Part shown: positions 8,877 to 19,589 of the stretch, one piece after another
How positions within the stretch are numbered: position 1 is the stretch's first letter
How the letters are laid out: each line of letters opens with the position of its first letter
Assembly (NCBI GenBank): GCA_002689345.1
Contig: NZFU01000034.1
Location: 1 to 51,035, forward strand
Length of the DNA stretch: 51,035 nucleotides
Source: Methanobacteriota archaeon
GTDB lineage: Archaea > Thermoplasmatota > Poseidoniia > Poseidoniales > Poseidoniaceae
Reading direction: 5' to 3'
Position numbers and translations under genes: made by a program
Notes under the pieces: generated by a model
The model's database searches: none
Told to the model about the DNA's origin: nothing
What the model saw: only the letters and a program-made list of their open reading frames with translations

Positions 8877-11800
8877 ATGAGACAAAAAATGAAGTCAGTC
8901 AGTCTTGCAGCAATAATGGTGTTATCAACCCTATCAGCAATTTTAGTTGCAGCTCCAGCAGCAGCAACTCAAGTTGTTATTACAGAAGCAATCCAAGTCG
9001 TAGATGGCGGCAGTTCCTCTGACCGTATGTCTGCGGTTGGCTCGGACTCTCAAGGCAACGTTCACGTTGTTTGGAGCCGTTCAAACCAGCACCTGTATTA
9101 TTCGATGATATCACCACGCGGCGATACTCTAATCGATGCCACACAGGTAACTGGAGCCGGACTTCACAAAATATACCACCCAGATATGGTAATCGACGAA
9201 AACGACATCGTACACATTACTTGGGCAGATCATTCCGGCCAACACAAAATCATGTACACCGCTTTACATCCATTCAATACTGCGATGGACGGCTCTGTTT
9301 CTGACGACAGCAGCCTTACCGCAATTGATGATTTCATCGTAGCCCAACACATCAACAATCGTGATTGGCCTGCAATCGATGTAGATAGCCAAGGAAACAT
9401 CCATCTTGTCTGGCAAGACAATTACGATGAGTTGGACATGTTCTTCCAACAGCCTCAAATTTACTACAAAATGTTACAGCCAGACTATTCCGTTCAAAAT
9501 GCAATTGTACTATTTGACGACACCCTACTTACTCCAATCATTGGACACAAGGGGCACCCTGACATCGTAGTAGATGCTAATGATTACGTTCAGATTGCTT
9601 GGGACGATACCCGTGGAGGAAAGGTCGAGCTAGTATTCGTAGTCGATACGTCCGGTTCTATGTACTCTGAGTGGGCAGACGTTTGTACTGTAATTTATGG
9701 AGGAAACTTCGCATCCGGTGGTAATTTCAAAGGAATCAAACCAATGCTCGAAGAAGGAAACATGACTGTATATGAGACAATTTACGGTCTAGGTAACACC
9801 TTACCTGGTGCTGCAAGCCAAGGAAACTGCGCTCAGCACAATAAGAACTCAGGACCAAGAAACACACCACTTGGACTTGTTAACAACGACGATTCTGGTG
9901 GATTAAGGACACTTCCGGGAACCGTTTACAACGGCGCAACATACTCCGGATACTCTGGAGAAGACTGGGGACCAGGATCTAACTGGGCTTGCCTTTCATG
10001 GAAAGACACAGTAGGAAACGTACCTGGAAACCCACCAACCTCTTCCGATCACCGATGGAACCCTAATGCAACTAAGATTGTCTTACCGGTTTCCGATGAA
10101 GGACCAAAGGATGGAGACCCTTCCCAACAGGCGGATGATACCACTTCTATCAACGAAGCACATGACAACTGTCTGAACGCAGGAGTAGTACCTGTCGGAC
10201 TATATGGGCAATCATATGGTGGTGCAGGAAACATTGAATCACACATGCGCGACTTAGCACAGTGTCCTAACGGGGTAGTCTCGACAGCAACCAGAAATTG
10301 CCCAGGAACATCTGTTCGCTCGACCGATGCTGGTGGACAAGCATACGAGTTCCCTTCAGGAACCGGCGGTGCTAGCCAGATGCAACTTCTTGTAGAAGCA
10401 ATGGTTTACATTTCAACCAACAACTCTCGTGAAATTTTCATGACTGTGTTAGACCCATATGGTAAGATGAATAACGACCAATCTTGGGTTCCAGGAAACC
10501 CTGGCCACACCACCATGGGTAACGGATACGCAGAAGACGTAGGAAAGGGAAGTGAAGGACACTTAGTCGTAGTAAACGACACACGTGTAACTATTGACGA
10601 CGCTTTCTCATTCCACCCTTCAATCGGCGTTGACATGCAAGGAAATACACACATTGCATGGATGGATGGAAGAGATTACGGATTCGAAAAGAATGTACCA
10701 TATGAGGTGTATTACACCAAGTTGCGCCTACAAGGGGCAGGAGAATGGGATGGAGTGCCTAATGGATTATCCACATATGCAATCAAGAGAATCGAAGATA
10801 CACCGATCTCAGAGGTTGAAGGATGGCAACAAATGCCACAAGGTAGTAGCCAAAATTCCGCTTATCCGGCACTATTAACCGACCCACAAAACAACATTCA
10901 CATTGCATGGCTAGACTTTGGTAATGCAAGCTCGGGCGAAGAAATTCGCTATACTAGATTGAATGCAACGGATGAAACTGGCCCCGGAGAGACTGCTTTG
11001 GATGCTTGGAATTCAACAGAAGTAACTTCATGGTCATCATTCAAACTTGGACCCAATCAATTATCCAAACCAACACTTGGACAACCTCCAGCTTTCGCTA
11101 ATGATTTAGGAAGCGGAGCCCACATCGCTTGGTCTGACACAAACAAGTGTTCAGATGAGAGCAATGGTGGGCCTTGGACAATTTGTTATTCTCATGTTTT
11201 GACTGGACAGGTTGATGTCGAATTTGATGACGGCGAAACTTACTATCACGTAATTGAGCCTGGAGAGCAGACAATCTACAACTTGACAATCAACAATACT
11301 ACACCGGGACCTAAAGACTTGGTTGCAGACACTTACAATCTGAACCTATCTGGAATGCCAGAAAATTGGACTGCAAACCTATACTTTGCTAACAACCATA
11401 CTGCAATCTTCCCAGATACACCAATCTTCCTCGAAGGAGGAGAAATGGCGCGTATGTATCTTCGTGTAAGAGCACCATCTATCTATCAGGCTGCCGAAGA
11501 CCAAGTTGCTCAAATCATTGTAACTGCAATTTCATTGAAAGACCCAGCAATCCGGTCAGAAAGATTAACTCTAACTCTGATGGATGTGGTTCACGGTATT
11601 GACCTTGACACCAGCCACCGTATGGCAGATGTTGAACAGGGCCAAACAGCAATCTTTTCAATCACAATTACAAATACTGGTAACGTGCATGATTCATTCG
11701 CCTTCTATGACCCTAATACCCTTGAAGGGCAACAAGAATGGCTTCTACCGTTTGGATGGGGAGTAGCATTCCCAATGCAAGTTTCGCTTGACCCAGGACA

Positions 11801-13913
11801 GTCGGTAACAAAGAATCTAGAAATTTCTGTACCTACATCTCAAGACCCAGGTACGTTTGTTGTTTATGTCAAAGGTTGGTCTGAAGGCGAACCGATTAAG
11901 TCCATAGAAAAAGGAACATTCGATGTACTCGAATTGTGGATAAATGTATCAATACGTTCTATTGGAAACATTGTATTCGAAATCTATGATACTAGTGAAA
12001 TGATTCTTCCTTCACCAGGTTCCGGCACACCATCTTGTGCAAATTATGAACTCAACGTAATCAAGAATTACGAGCAAGGATTCCTTGTTTTCACCACACC
12101 AGGGGCTCCTGAAGTTCGACCAGAGGAAATCGACCCTGAAACCTGGAGACAAGATCATTGGACCGTAGAGTTGGATTTCTCCAACGCACCGGGTCCAAGA
12201 GACCCAGCAGACCCTCATAGCCCAAGATTATGGCCAGTGGAAACCACTTACACCGTAGGAATTTCAGTGTGTGCGCCAGTTAATGCGAATGCTGGACTGG
12301 GCCCTGCAGTTACTGTAAAAGCTCACTTGGAAGGATATCCTCGTGTGGCAGACTCAGTGATTCTATCTACTAATGTAATACACGTCTTTGACCTTGTAGC
12401 CGAGGCAGATACCGGTTCTGAAAATAATGCAATATCAGCTAACCCAGGAGATACCTGGATTATTCCAGCTACAGTATCCAATACTGGTAACGGGCCAGAT
12501 AGATACGACCTACGTCTAGGGCGCGTCTATGAAACATCAACGGGAATCGATGTCTTATGGGACATTGAGGTACCTCGATCAATACTAATTGAACTAACAC
12601 GCGATACGTCTCAGACAGTCGATTTGACAATCAATGTACCAACTCAGGTTCCTGCTGGAGATTATACAGTTGTAATCCAAGCATTCAGCGAAGAGGATTA
12701 CCCTGATGATTCAGGACACAGAACAAGACTACGTGATGAAATAAATCTACAAATTACTGTTAATGAATTCTATGATATGCAAATTAGTATGGATTCAAGC
12801 GTAGATAATGCGGTTAAGACCAGTGCACCAGGAAGGATAGTTGAATTCGTTGTGAACATCACCAACGCAGGTAACGTTCCAGACACACCATCCTTACACA
12901 ACCACTCTACACAGAGAGACATTACTAGCGGCAATGATATCATGAATACTTTGCCTGGAATGGGAACCCTTTCTGGATGGAGTGTTGATTGGAAGATGGT
13001 AAATTATGTTGGAAGCGATTTAATTGTCGAGACCGATTGTATTACTACAACATCAGACGCTGAAGTCTTCCCGGACGATGTCTGTGTCTTCCTAAGCGAT
13101 GTTGGAGCCGATGGTGAGTGGAGATTACCTGAGATGGACCCTTATACCACCTACACAATGATTGCAACAGTTCACATTTCAACTGGTGCGAAACTCGATA
13201 CACGCTACATTGGCCTGAAAGTAACCAGCATGGCTGGCGACATGGACAATGATGGAGATCATGACGACAGCCCTGATTGGACTAGCGATTCTCTAGATAC
13301 AAACGAGTTCATAGTAACTCTAAGGCTACGTGCTCCAAACTTGGTAATTTCAGAAGTTTCAGTTTCAGAAACTAGCAACGAAGTCGACAAGACAATTCCT
13401 GTGCGTGTAATTTTACAAAACACAGGAAATGTTCATGCAACCAATATCGAAGTAGTTCTTTGCGAATTCAGTGATGCGGATGATGAGGTTCTCAAAGACA
13501 TTCGTTTGAACGGATGTCCTGAGGATTCAGTAGTCATGCGCCAAACCGTTGGCGCACTACTTGCACCTGATGCTAGCGAAGATGCTCAAGAAATCGAATT
13601 GTATCTTCTGTACCCTGTTTCTGCAGGATCTCACGATGTCGTGGTAGTGGTTGACCCTACAAACAGCATTGTAGAAGTAAGCGAAGCTGATAACATCAGA
13701 GTTGTAGGCGACGAACTAACAAGCGACTCACCATTTATGGACGTAGCTGGCGAAATCGTTAGTGATTGGGCACTACCATTTGGTGTTCTAATCCTAACCT
13801 TCTCACTGTTCGGAGTTCTCTACCTTGTAGGAAAGGGACGCCGTGCTGATGTAAAGAACCGCTTAGCAGAACAGAGCAGTTTGATTTCAGTTCTTCAAGA
13901 AGACGAAGCATGA
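8877..13913 (+). CDS. giant cell-surface protein: signal peptide, 7-blade beta-propeller with inserted vWA domain, about 6 Ig-like (NEW3/CARDB) domains, C-terminal TM anchor
   Basis: Signal peptide MRQKMKSVSLAAIMVLSTLSAILVAAPAAA; seven PxIxxDxxGNxHxxWxD repeats; MIDAS DTSGS; repeated TNTGN..D Ig motifs; TM WALPFGVLILTFSLFGVLYLVG. Confidence 0.85.
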   Translation: MRQKMKSVSLAAIMVLSTLSAILVAAPAAATQVVITEAIQVVDGGSSSDRMSAVGSDSQGNVHVVWSRSNQHLYYSMISPRGDTLIDATQVTGAGLHKIYHPDMVIDENDIVHITWADHSGQHKIMYTALHPFNTAMDGSVSDDSSLTAIDDFIVAQHINNRDWPAIDVDSQGNIHLVWQDNYDELDMFFQQPQIYYKMLQPDYSVQNAIVLFDDTLLTPIIGHKGHPDIVVDANDYVQIAWDDTRGGKVELVFVVDTSGSMYSEWADVCTVIYGGNFASGGNFKGIKPMLEEGNMTVYETIYGLGNTLPGAASQGNCAQHNKNSGPRNTPLGLVNNDDSGGLRTLPGTVYNGATYSGYSGEDWGPGSNWACLSWKDTVGNVPGNPPTSSDHRWNPNATKIVLPVSDEGPKDGDPSQQADDTTSINEAHDNCLNAGVVPVGLYGQSYGGAGNIESHMRDLAQCPNGVVSTATRNCPGTSVRSTDAGGQAYEFPSGTGGASQMQLLVEAMVYISTNNSREIFMTVLDPYGKMNNDQSWVPGNPGHTTMGNGYAEDVGKGSEGHLVVVNDTRVTIDDAFSFHPSIGVDMQGNTHIAWMDGRDYGFEKNVPYEVYYTKLRLQGAGEWDGVPNGLSTYAIKRIEDTPISEVEGWQQMPQGSSQNSAYPALLTDPQNNIHIAWLDFGNASSGEEIRYTRLNATDETGPGETALDAWNSTEVTSWSSFKLGPNQLSKPTLGQPPAFANDLGSGAHIAWSDTNKCSDESNGGPWTICYSHVLTGQVDVEFDDGETYYHVIEPGEQTIYNLTINNTTPGPKDLVADTYNLNLSGMPENWTANLYFANNHTAIFPDTPIFLEGGEMARMYLRVRAPSIYQAAEDQVAQIIVTAISLKDPAIRSERLTLTLMDVVHGIDLDTSHRMADVEQGQTAIFSITITNTGNVHDSFAFYDPNTLEGQQEWLLPFGWGVAFPMQVSLDPGQSVTKNLEISVPTSQDPGTFVVYVKGWSEGEPIKSIEKGTFDVLELWINVSIRSIGNIVFEIYDTSEMILPSPGSGTPSCANYELNVIKNYEQGFLVFTTPGAPEVRPEEIDPETWRQDHWTVELDFSNAPGPRDPADPHSPRLWPVETTYTVGISVCAPVNANAGLGPAVTVKAHLEGYPRVADSVILSTNVIHVFDLVAEADTGSENNAISANPGDTWIIPATVSNTGNGPDRYDLRLGRVYETSTGIDVLWDIEVPRSILIELTRDTSQTVDLTINVPTQVPAGDYTVVIQAFSEEDYPDDSGHRTRLRDEINLQITVNEFYDMQISMDSSVDNAVKTSAPGRIVEFVVNITNAGNVPDTPSLHNHSTQRDITSGNDIMNTLPGMGTLSGWSVDWKMVNYVGSDLIVETDCITTTSDAEVFPDDVCVFLSDVGADGEWRLPEMDPYTTYTMIATVHISTGAKLDTRYIGLKVTSMAGDMDNDGDHDDSPDWTSDSLDTNEFIVTLRLRAPNLVISEVSVSETSNEVDKTIPVRVILQNTGNVHATNIEVVLCEFSDADDEVLKDIRLNGCPEDSVVMRQTVGALLAPDASEDAQEIELYLLYPVSAGSHDVVVVVDPTNSIVEVSEADNIRVVGDELTSDSPFMDVAGEIVSDWALPFGVLILTFSLFGVLYLVGKGRRADVKNRLAEQSSLISVLQEDEA

Positions 13914-13951
13914 GCCTAGAAGGCAAAACATGGCATCGCCCTTCCTGATAT

Positions 13952-14704
13952 TCAGGAAGGGTCGATGCCTAATGCTGCCCACCAAGGTAATTCGATTGTT
14001 TGTGGCGCAGCAATAAATTGACCTGAGCGTTCTGCCATTTGGCGAACTACTCTAGTTCTAACTTCGTCTATTAATCGCTCACTAGCCTCTGCACCAAGCT
14101 GTAATTCTCGTGCGAATTCTTTGAAGTTGAAATTAGATCGCGGGGATTCCAAAATATTGTGGACCATCAAGCGTTGCTCATAAGACTCAAAGTCGGAATC
14201 AACGGTTGATGACACTCGCTGTTTGATTTGTTGGTGTAATGCAATCAACGCATCGCGCTCATTATCGAGTTTTTCAATAGCCTCAGAAATTGCAGAAAGG
14301 TGATGCGCACCTTCACCAACACCAATCTTCTTTCTCCCACTAACAATTTCTGCAACCTTGACAACATTTCCATTCAATTTGTTAGAGAGTTTCAGCGGAC
14401 CCCCTGCGGGCAGAATTCGTTGACTACATTGAAATAGATCTGGACCCAAATCAATACGGATAGAAATCGCTTGTTGGACAGAGTAGATATTCTTAGGAGG
14501 ACCTCCTTTATTGCTCGCAGCCTTCATTTTGACAACGAAGCCAACACCTTCGAGTAATTTCAGATGTTTCATGACAGCTTGTTGCGATATACCGATTTGC
14601 TCGGCTAATTGTAGAGGATAGTGGGGCTCTCGAACCAACCGCTCAAGAATAGCTCTACGAGCCTTATTTTGTAGAATAGCGAGCGCCTCATCAAGCCCAG
14701 CCAC
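13952..14704 (-). CDS. ArsR-like winged-helix transcriptional regulator with C-terminal coiled coil
   Basis: LQNKARRAILERL..PHYPLQLAEQIGISQQAVMKHLKLLE..GFV..GGPPKNIYS archaeal ArsR/HTH signature. Confidence 0.85.
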   Translation of the reverse strand: MAGLDEALAILQNKARRAILERLVREPHYPLQLAEQIGISQQAVMKHLKLLEGVGFVVKMKAASNKGGPPKNIYSVQQAISIRIDLGPDLFQCSQRILPAGGPLKLSNKLNGNVVKVAEIVSGRKKIGVGEGAHHLSAISEAIEKLDNERDALIALHQQIKQRVSSTVDSDFESYEQRLMVHNILESPRSNFNFKEFARELQLGAEASERLIDEVRTRVVRQMAERSGQFIAAPQTIELPWWAALGIDPS

Positions 14705-14761
14705 GACTTCACAACCATTGGTTACCTACTATCGGTTACCTATGAACCCGTCGCATCAGCG

Positions 14762-15640
14762 CTATGACTCATCCCAATTCTTCCACGAATCATCACTCGG
14801 GGGGTTTTCAGGTGTGAATGTGCTTGCTCTGTTAATCGAGCCACCTACCTTTGCAGGAGCAGATTTTGTTACTCGAGTATCTACATTAGCAAATGGACTT
14901 GGTACATTATTGGAATCTTCTTCGAAGTCAGGAACTTCGCCTCTGACCAATTTGTATAATTGGTCGGTAGTGAGCATTTCTTGATTTGGTTTCATCTCTT
15001 GTTCCAATGGGTCGGTGGAAATAATATTCTGGTCCTGAGTGAGGTAAACTTTACCGCCTCTGCCTTTGTTAATTGCAACCAATAACCATCCCAGTGGGAA
15101 TAATACTGCACCCATACAACAAGCACCCATGGTTGCTAAAAAGCCACCATCAGAAGCAATCTCTAGAAGCCAACTATCTCCATTTGTAAAGAGGAGGGGA
15201 TTGTTACATCCATCATCGGACTTACATTCAATTTCAACCAAGACCTCAGAACTATCTTTGATATCTAAAGTAGTCAATTTCGAAAAATCAACATCTGGGT
15301 GTTCTGCCGAAAAATCAGTTCTACAATCGTCAGAGACCTTAGCACCAACTTCGCCATCCTCGATGTACTTGTAAGTGACAATATAGTCGCTATCATCGCC
15401 TTCAACGTGTACAACCCAGCACCCAGAACCAAGAGTTAATGTGTTGACTTCACCTAATTCAGCAGATTGCTCTGAAGTTTCTCGCGGATCATAGTATTCT
15501 CCGAAATCATCCATCATCAACGAGAAGGTTGCAACTCCAACAAATATCAATACTAATCCAGCAATCATCAGCCGCTTGGGCCAAGGAGAAGGCTCTGGTG
15601 CTGGTTGCATGGTTACACCGAAATGGCTACACAACTTCAA
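14762..15640 (-). CDS. hypothetical membrane protein (two TM segments flanking an acidic extracellular domain)
   Basis: 292-aa ORF, likely ATG at 15610; TM LMIAGLVLIFVGVATFSLM and GAVLFPLGWLLVAI. Confidence 0.65.
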   Translation of the reverse strand: MKLCSHFGVTMQPAPEPSPWPKRLMIAGLVLIFVGVATFSLMMDDFGEYYDPRETSEQSAELGEVNTLTLGSGCWVVHVEGDDSDYIVTYKYIEDGEVGAKVSDDCRTDFSAEHPDVDFSKLTTLDIKDSSEVLVEIECKSDDGCNNPLLFTNGDSWLLEIASDGGFLATMGACCMGAVLFPLGWLLVAINKGRGGKVYLTQDQNIISTDPLEQEMKPNQEMLTTDQLYKLVRGEVPDFEEDSNNVPSPFANVDTRVTKSAPAKVGGSINRASTFTPENPPSDDSWKNWDES

Positions 15641-15650
15641 CCAAGCGGCT

Positions 15651-16748
15651 TCAAGATAATCCCATCTCGCCTAATTTTTCAGGCAGATAGGTATCGGTAA
15701 CGAAATCTAATCCATATTTTGCTAAGGACTGTTGCTCAGCTTTCTGATTAACTTCCAACATCATGTTGATCTGGTCTTGCCACCATCCATCAGCAAACCT
15801 AGGGTCTGACAATTCAGCGTTTAGGGCTTCTATGTCTTTCTTTGACAAATCATCAGAAGGCAAGTCATACGCTAGGATATCATCCGCAGTGATTCCGAGG
15901 TATGTTGCCGAAGGCGTTGCTAAATATTCTGAAATGTGAGCGGTTTTAATCGCACCATAAGCAATAGATGCAAAGATTCTGAATGACCACGGGTCACCGT
16001 CCAGGAATACTACAACAGGAATATCCCATTCTTCATTCATCCTCTTGATTATCCTTCGAGTTGAACGGGCAGGCTGCCCTTTCAAGTGTATTAATCCACA
16101 ATTGTATTCTTCATCAAATCCATTTTCAATCAATCTGTCAAACATACCCCCGGTCTCAATAGCCATTAGGAACTTAACATCATGCTCGATTAATCGAATC
16201 TTTTCAGATTCGACATTGTATGGAACCCCGTAACCCGAATCACCAACATCGTCACGTGCATTAATTCTCATCCATTGTCCGCGCCTGTTAAGCTCATCGA
16301 CCGTTATATCACCAATCATTCTCGCACCATCTTCTTCTGGTCGTAATTTGAAATCCTCTCTCAAACAAGAGGTTACAACTTCAAGGTCTTCTGCTAAGTT
16401 GTTGGATTCATTTTGACTTCCAAATTTACCTAGGCCCCATCCTTCAGAAATATAGTACATTTCTCTTAGAGTCGATGATTTTCCAGCCTCAATCATTTCT
16501 TCAATAAATTCGACAACGTGCAGTGCTCGAAGTAAATTCTTAGCCGAGCCCAAACTTGTTGCATCTCGAGTTGAACGTTTTTTACCGTACTTGTATACAC
16601 CCAATTTCGAATCAAAACCAATATTGTTCTTGGTACGAACTGGCAAAGTCATTGTAGGCGGCTCGCCCTTTACAATTCTGTCATACATCTCTTCAACAAC
16701 TAGGTGTAGTCTAGCCTTTGTTAATTCAGGATCATTTACTCGTGCCAT
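15651..16748 (-). CDS. top6A: DNA topoisomerase VI subunit A
   Basis: STLREMYY (catalytic Tyr), [18 protein letters not shown] and DGDPW Toprim motifs; ATG overlaps the top6B stop (TGATG). Confidence 0.97.
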   Translation of the reverse strand: MARVNDPELTKARLHLVVEEMYDRIVKGEPPTMTLPVRTKNNIGFDSKLGVYKYGKKRSTRDATSLGSAKNLLRALHVVEFIEEMIEAGKSSTLREMYYISEGWGLGKFGSQNESNNLAEDLEVVTSCLREDFKLRPEEDGARMIGDITVDELNRRGQWMRINARDDVGDSGYGVPYNVESEKIRLIEHDVKFLMAIETGGMFDRLIENGFDEEYNCGLIHLKGQPARSTRRIIKRMNEEWDIPVVVFLDGDPWSFRIFASIAYGAIKTAHISEYLATPSATYLGITADDILAYDLPSDDLSKKDIEALNAELSDPRFADGWWQDQINMMLEVNQKAEQQSLAKYGLDFVTDTYLPEKLGEMGLS

Positions 16749-18799
16749 CAATTTTCACCTCCGAAAAGTGTAGTTTGGCCAGAATCGCCATCTACCACAC
16801 CCGGCTCAAAACCTTCTTGAAATTCTTCATCAGAGGCCACATTTTCTGCTTGATTGAGAATATCTTCTTGCTTTCTGATATCTTCAAGCATTTTCTCATC
16901 CAACTTTGTTGCTCCAATCACATCTTGACTTCCTCTAAAGAAAACCTCAGTTTCAGTCCAATCTCCTTTTTCGAGATTGGATAGCGAATATTCCAGTACC
17001 GCATTTTGACCAGGTTCAAGAGTTTCAATTTTCCAGCCCCATATTCCCATGGCCTCCTTTCTTCCTCCGCGTTCATTACCAACCATTTCTCCGCCAGATT
17101 TTTCTGGCCAATTTACCAACAAAGAGTAACTTCTTGCACGGGCGGTATAATTGAAGAGAGTAATCGAAACATCGGTTTGTTTTGTTTCCTTATTCCAGGT
17201 TGTAGTTTCATTACAAATAACCGCACTCATGATTCTTGTAATCGAGCCAGCTAAATCGGGCACAGGGCGTTCGAGAATCGATGCAGACTTTTCAGCAATA
17301 GCCGGAAGGATGTCATTGATCAACTCAAACTTCTCTCTTGTTTTTGCCATCTTTTTCTTCTTTTCAAGATGCTTTCTCAAACCTCTCCCCATCTCTAGCA
17401 TTGCTTTACGTGTTTCTTCAAACACGAAACCATTGTCCGACAATGCTTCTTTTGCTTCGGATGTGAATTGAACATTCGTGCTTGCTAAGTGCACCAATAT
17501 TGCCGCTGGACCCTTAGGAACACCCTTTCCTCCAGCCTGCTCAAGACCATACTGTCTCCAGTCCACACTTTCGATAGCCTTTGTCAATAAACAACCACCC
17601 TGTTGGTACATTAGGGGTACACGATTTGCAAAGCGTAAGACTTCAACATGTTTGTCAGCAGCCATACCTTCTCCAAAAATTAGGCCAACTTCAACTTGGA
17701 ATGGATTCCCATGGCTGACTGTAGGCGCTCTTGTCATAGTTGCAATAAATTTAGAATCGATGGTTTTGGATAATCCCTTTTTGATTAACATCTCTTCAAT
17801 AGGGGAGAGACAATTAGTTGGAGGACTTAGTAATTTAATCGCCTTTCCATTTACAACGCGTTCTCCTTGAAATGCTTCTAGAAGAGCGCGAACATCGTCA
17901 GGCTTCATCGATTTTGGCTTTGTTCCAACACCCAATTCAGCAGCCTCGCACAATTCTTTTGCAGCACGCATAGATACTCCAGAGAAATTCTGCCTTAGGA
18001 AAACAGTTAGCCTAGAATCCTTTGATTCTCTACACATTCTTTGTAATTGACCTAATTCAATACCGTGAGGATGAGGCTTAATCGCATCGACTTTACTAGG
18101 TAGCCTTTCAGTTACTCTTGGCCAATGGTATTTTTCGCCATCAGGGTCGATGAATGTGATTTCAGCATGAGGATTAACAATACTTGTCATCCTAAGATAT
18201 TGGAATACAGATTGGCGGCCTCGTTGGTATTTAGCCTTCATTTTGGTAGTAACCCTTAGGCCATGTTCTTTGAGAGTAAGGTCGTCATTTTCCCAAATGA
18301 TACGAGTCTGTTCACTTTTTACAGCCTTATTTTTTCTAGTATCTAATCCGATGTTGACACTTACAGCGGTTGGCTCTCCCGAGATTTTCGATAATACGTG
18401 AGTGGGTTTACCAGTTGTTAATTGGGAATACATCACAACTCCAGTAATTCCAATACCTTGCTGACCACGACTTTGTCTGATGGCATGAAATCTCGAACCG
18501 AACAGTAGTTGCCCGAACACTTTCTCGATACTTTTCTGAGGAATGCCGGGGCCATTATCTTCAGAAACCAATTCCAAAATATCCTTTTTTGTATCGAGTT
18601 TTGAAATTTTAATTACAATGTCTGGAAGAATTCTAGCCTCTTCACATGCATCTAATGAATTGTCTACGGCTTCTTTGACCGCCGTAATGATTGAACGAGG
18701 TAGAGAATCAAAACCGAGGAAATGTTTGTTTTTCTCAAAAAACTCAGAAATTGCAATTTGTTTTTGATTGCTAGCCATCTTGTTTGCAATGCCTGACAT
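16748..18799 (-). CDS. top6B: DNA topoisomerase VI subunit B with C-terminal Ig-like extension
   Basis: KEAVDNSLDACE, EDNGPGI, SRGQQGIGIT GHKL motifs; H2TH domain; RFANRVPL transducer. Confidence 0.97.
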   Translation of the reverse strand: MSGIANKMASNQKQIAISEFFEKNKHFLGFDSLPRSIITAVKEAVDNSLDACEEARILPDIVIKISKLDTKKDILELVSEDNGPGIPQKSIEKVFGQLLFGSRFHAIRQSRGQQGIGITGVVMYSQLTTGKPTHVLSKISGEPTAVSVNIGLDTRKNKAVKSEQTRIIWENDDLTLKEHGLRVTTKMKAKYQRGRQSVFQYLRMTSIVNPHAEITFIDPDGEKYHWPRVTERLPSKVDAIKPHPHGIELGQLQRMCRESKDSRLTVFLRQNFSGVSMRAAKELCEAAELGVGTKPKSMKPDDVRALLEAFQGERVVNGKAIKLLSPPTNCLSPIEEMLIKKGLSKTIDSKFIATMTRAPTVSHGNPFQVEVGLIFGEGMAADKHVEVLRFANRVPLMYQQGGCLLTKAIESVDWRQYGLEQAGGKGVPKGPAAILVHLASTNVQFTSEAKEALSDNGFVFEETRKAMLEMGRGLRKHLEKKKKMAKTREKFELINDILPAIAEKSASILERPVPDLAGSITRIMSAVICNETTTWNKETKQTDVSITLFNYTARARSYSLLVNWPEKSGGEMVGNERGGRKEAMGIWGWKIETLEPGQNAVLEYSLSNLEKGDWTETEVFFRGSQDVIGATKLDEKMLEDIRKQEDILNQAENVASDEEFQEGFEPGVVDGDSGQTTLFGGEN

Positions 18800-18893
18800 A
18801 TGTATCACTCAACCCAAAGGTCCTCCTCCGTCCTAATGACGTTGGGCCTTGAGCGACCTAAGCCGAACGCCCAAGGTTCTTGAATGATAGCGT

Positions 18894-19580
18894 TCATTCT
18901 GAGCTTTCAAGCGCAATATGGGCTAGAGTTATTCGACGCAAGTAGACAATTATCCAGATTGTTAGTACTACCGAGGCTAAAACCGCAGTCCAATATGTCC
19001 AGTCTCTTCCTTCATTCATTGCAACAGAAAGATCCGCAGCCCTTGAGCCCCAATATGCATAAAGCGCACCAGGAACTATCATCCCTGCATTACCAAGCAA
19101 GTAATCTTTCCATGAAACATCGGTTAGTCCAAATCCATAGTTTAGGACAGGATATGGTATGACAAGGCTAACCCGGGTTAAGAAAACACACTTCAAACCG
19201 TCTTCACTAACCGCCTTTTTTAGAGCCCTCAATGTTGGTTTTTTGTTTAGTTTAGATTCAACCCAATTGTGGAGGTATTTTTGAGTCAGCCAGAATGGTA
19301 GAATCGCCCCAAGACAAGCGCCAATAAATGCAATAGCCCAGCCTCCCCAAAAGCCAAATAAAACCCCTGAAATGAATTTATGGAGACTTGCAGGAGCCAC
19401 AAATAATGCAAGAACTACATACAATAGTAGCCAAGCAATAATTCCAATCAATCCATTTTCTGGAAACCAAGTGGCCTTTTCAATCAAAGGCGCCAACAAG
19501 GTTTGTGTAAGATAGATAGTGAATGCAATTCCACCAATAACGCCAGCCACACTCAAGGCCGCCATCATGCGCTTAGACAC
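18894..19580 (-). CDS. TVP38/TMEM64 (VTT/DedA) family membrane protein
   Basis: Multiple TM segments, GVLFGFWGG, RVSLVIPYPVLNYGFGLT motif typical of the VTT domain. Confidence 0.88.
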   Translation of the reverse strand: MSKRMMAALSVAGVIGGIAFTIYLTQTLLAPLIEKATWFPENGLIGIIAWLLLYVVLALFVAPASLHKFISGVLFGFWGGWAIAFIGACLGAILPFWLTQKYLHNWVESKLNKKPTLRALKKAVSEDGLKCVFLTRVSLVIPYPVLNYGFGLTDVSWKDYLLGNAGMIVPGALYAYWGSRAADLSVAMNEGRDWTYWTAVLASVVLTIWIIVYLRRITLAHIALESSE

Positions 19581-19589
19581 AGTATCACT

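Noticed and set aside
18842-18874. Hairpin TTGGGC...GCCCAA upstream of top6B
   Set aside because: It is a single 6-bp stem with a long loop and no supporting motif; it could be a terminator or leader element but is not distinguishable from chance.
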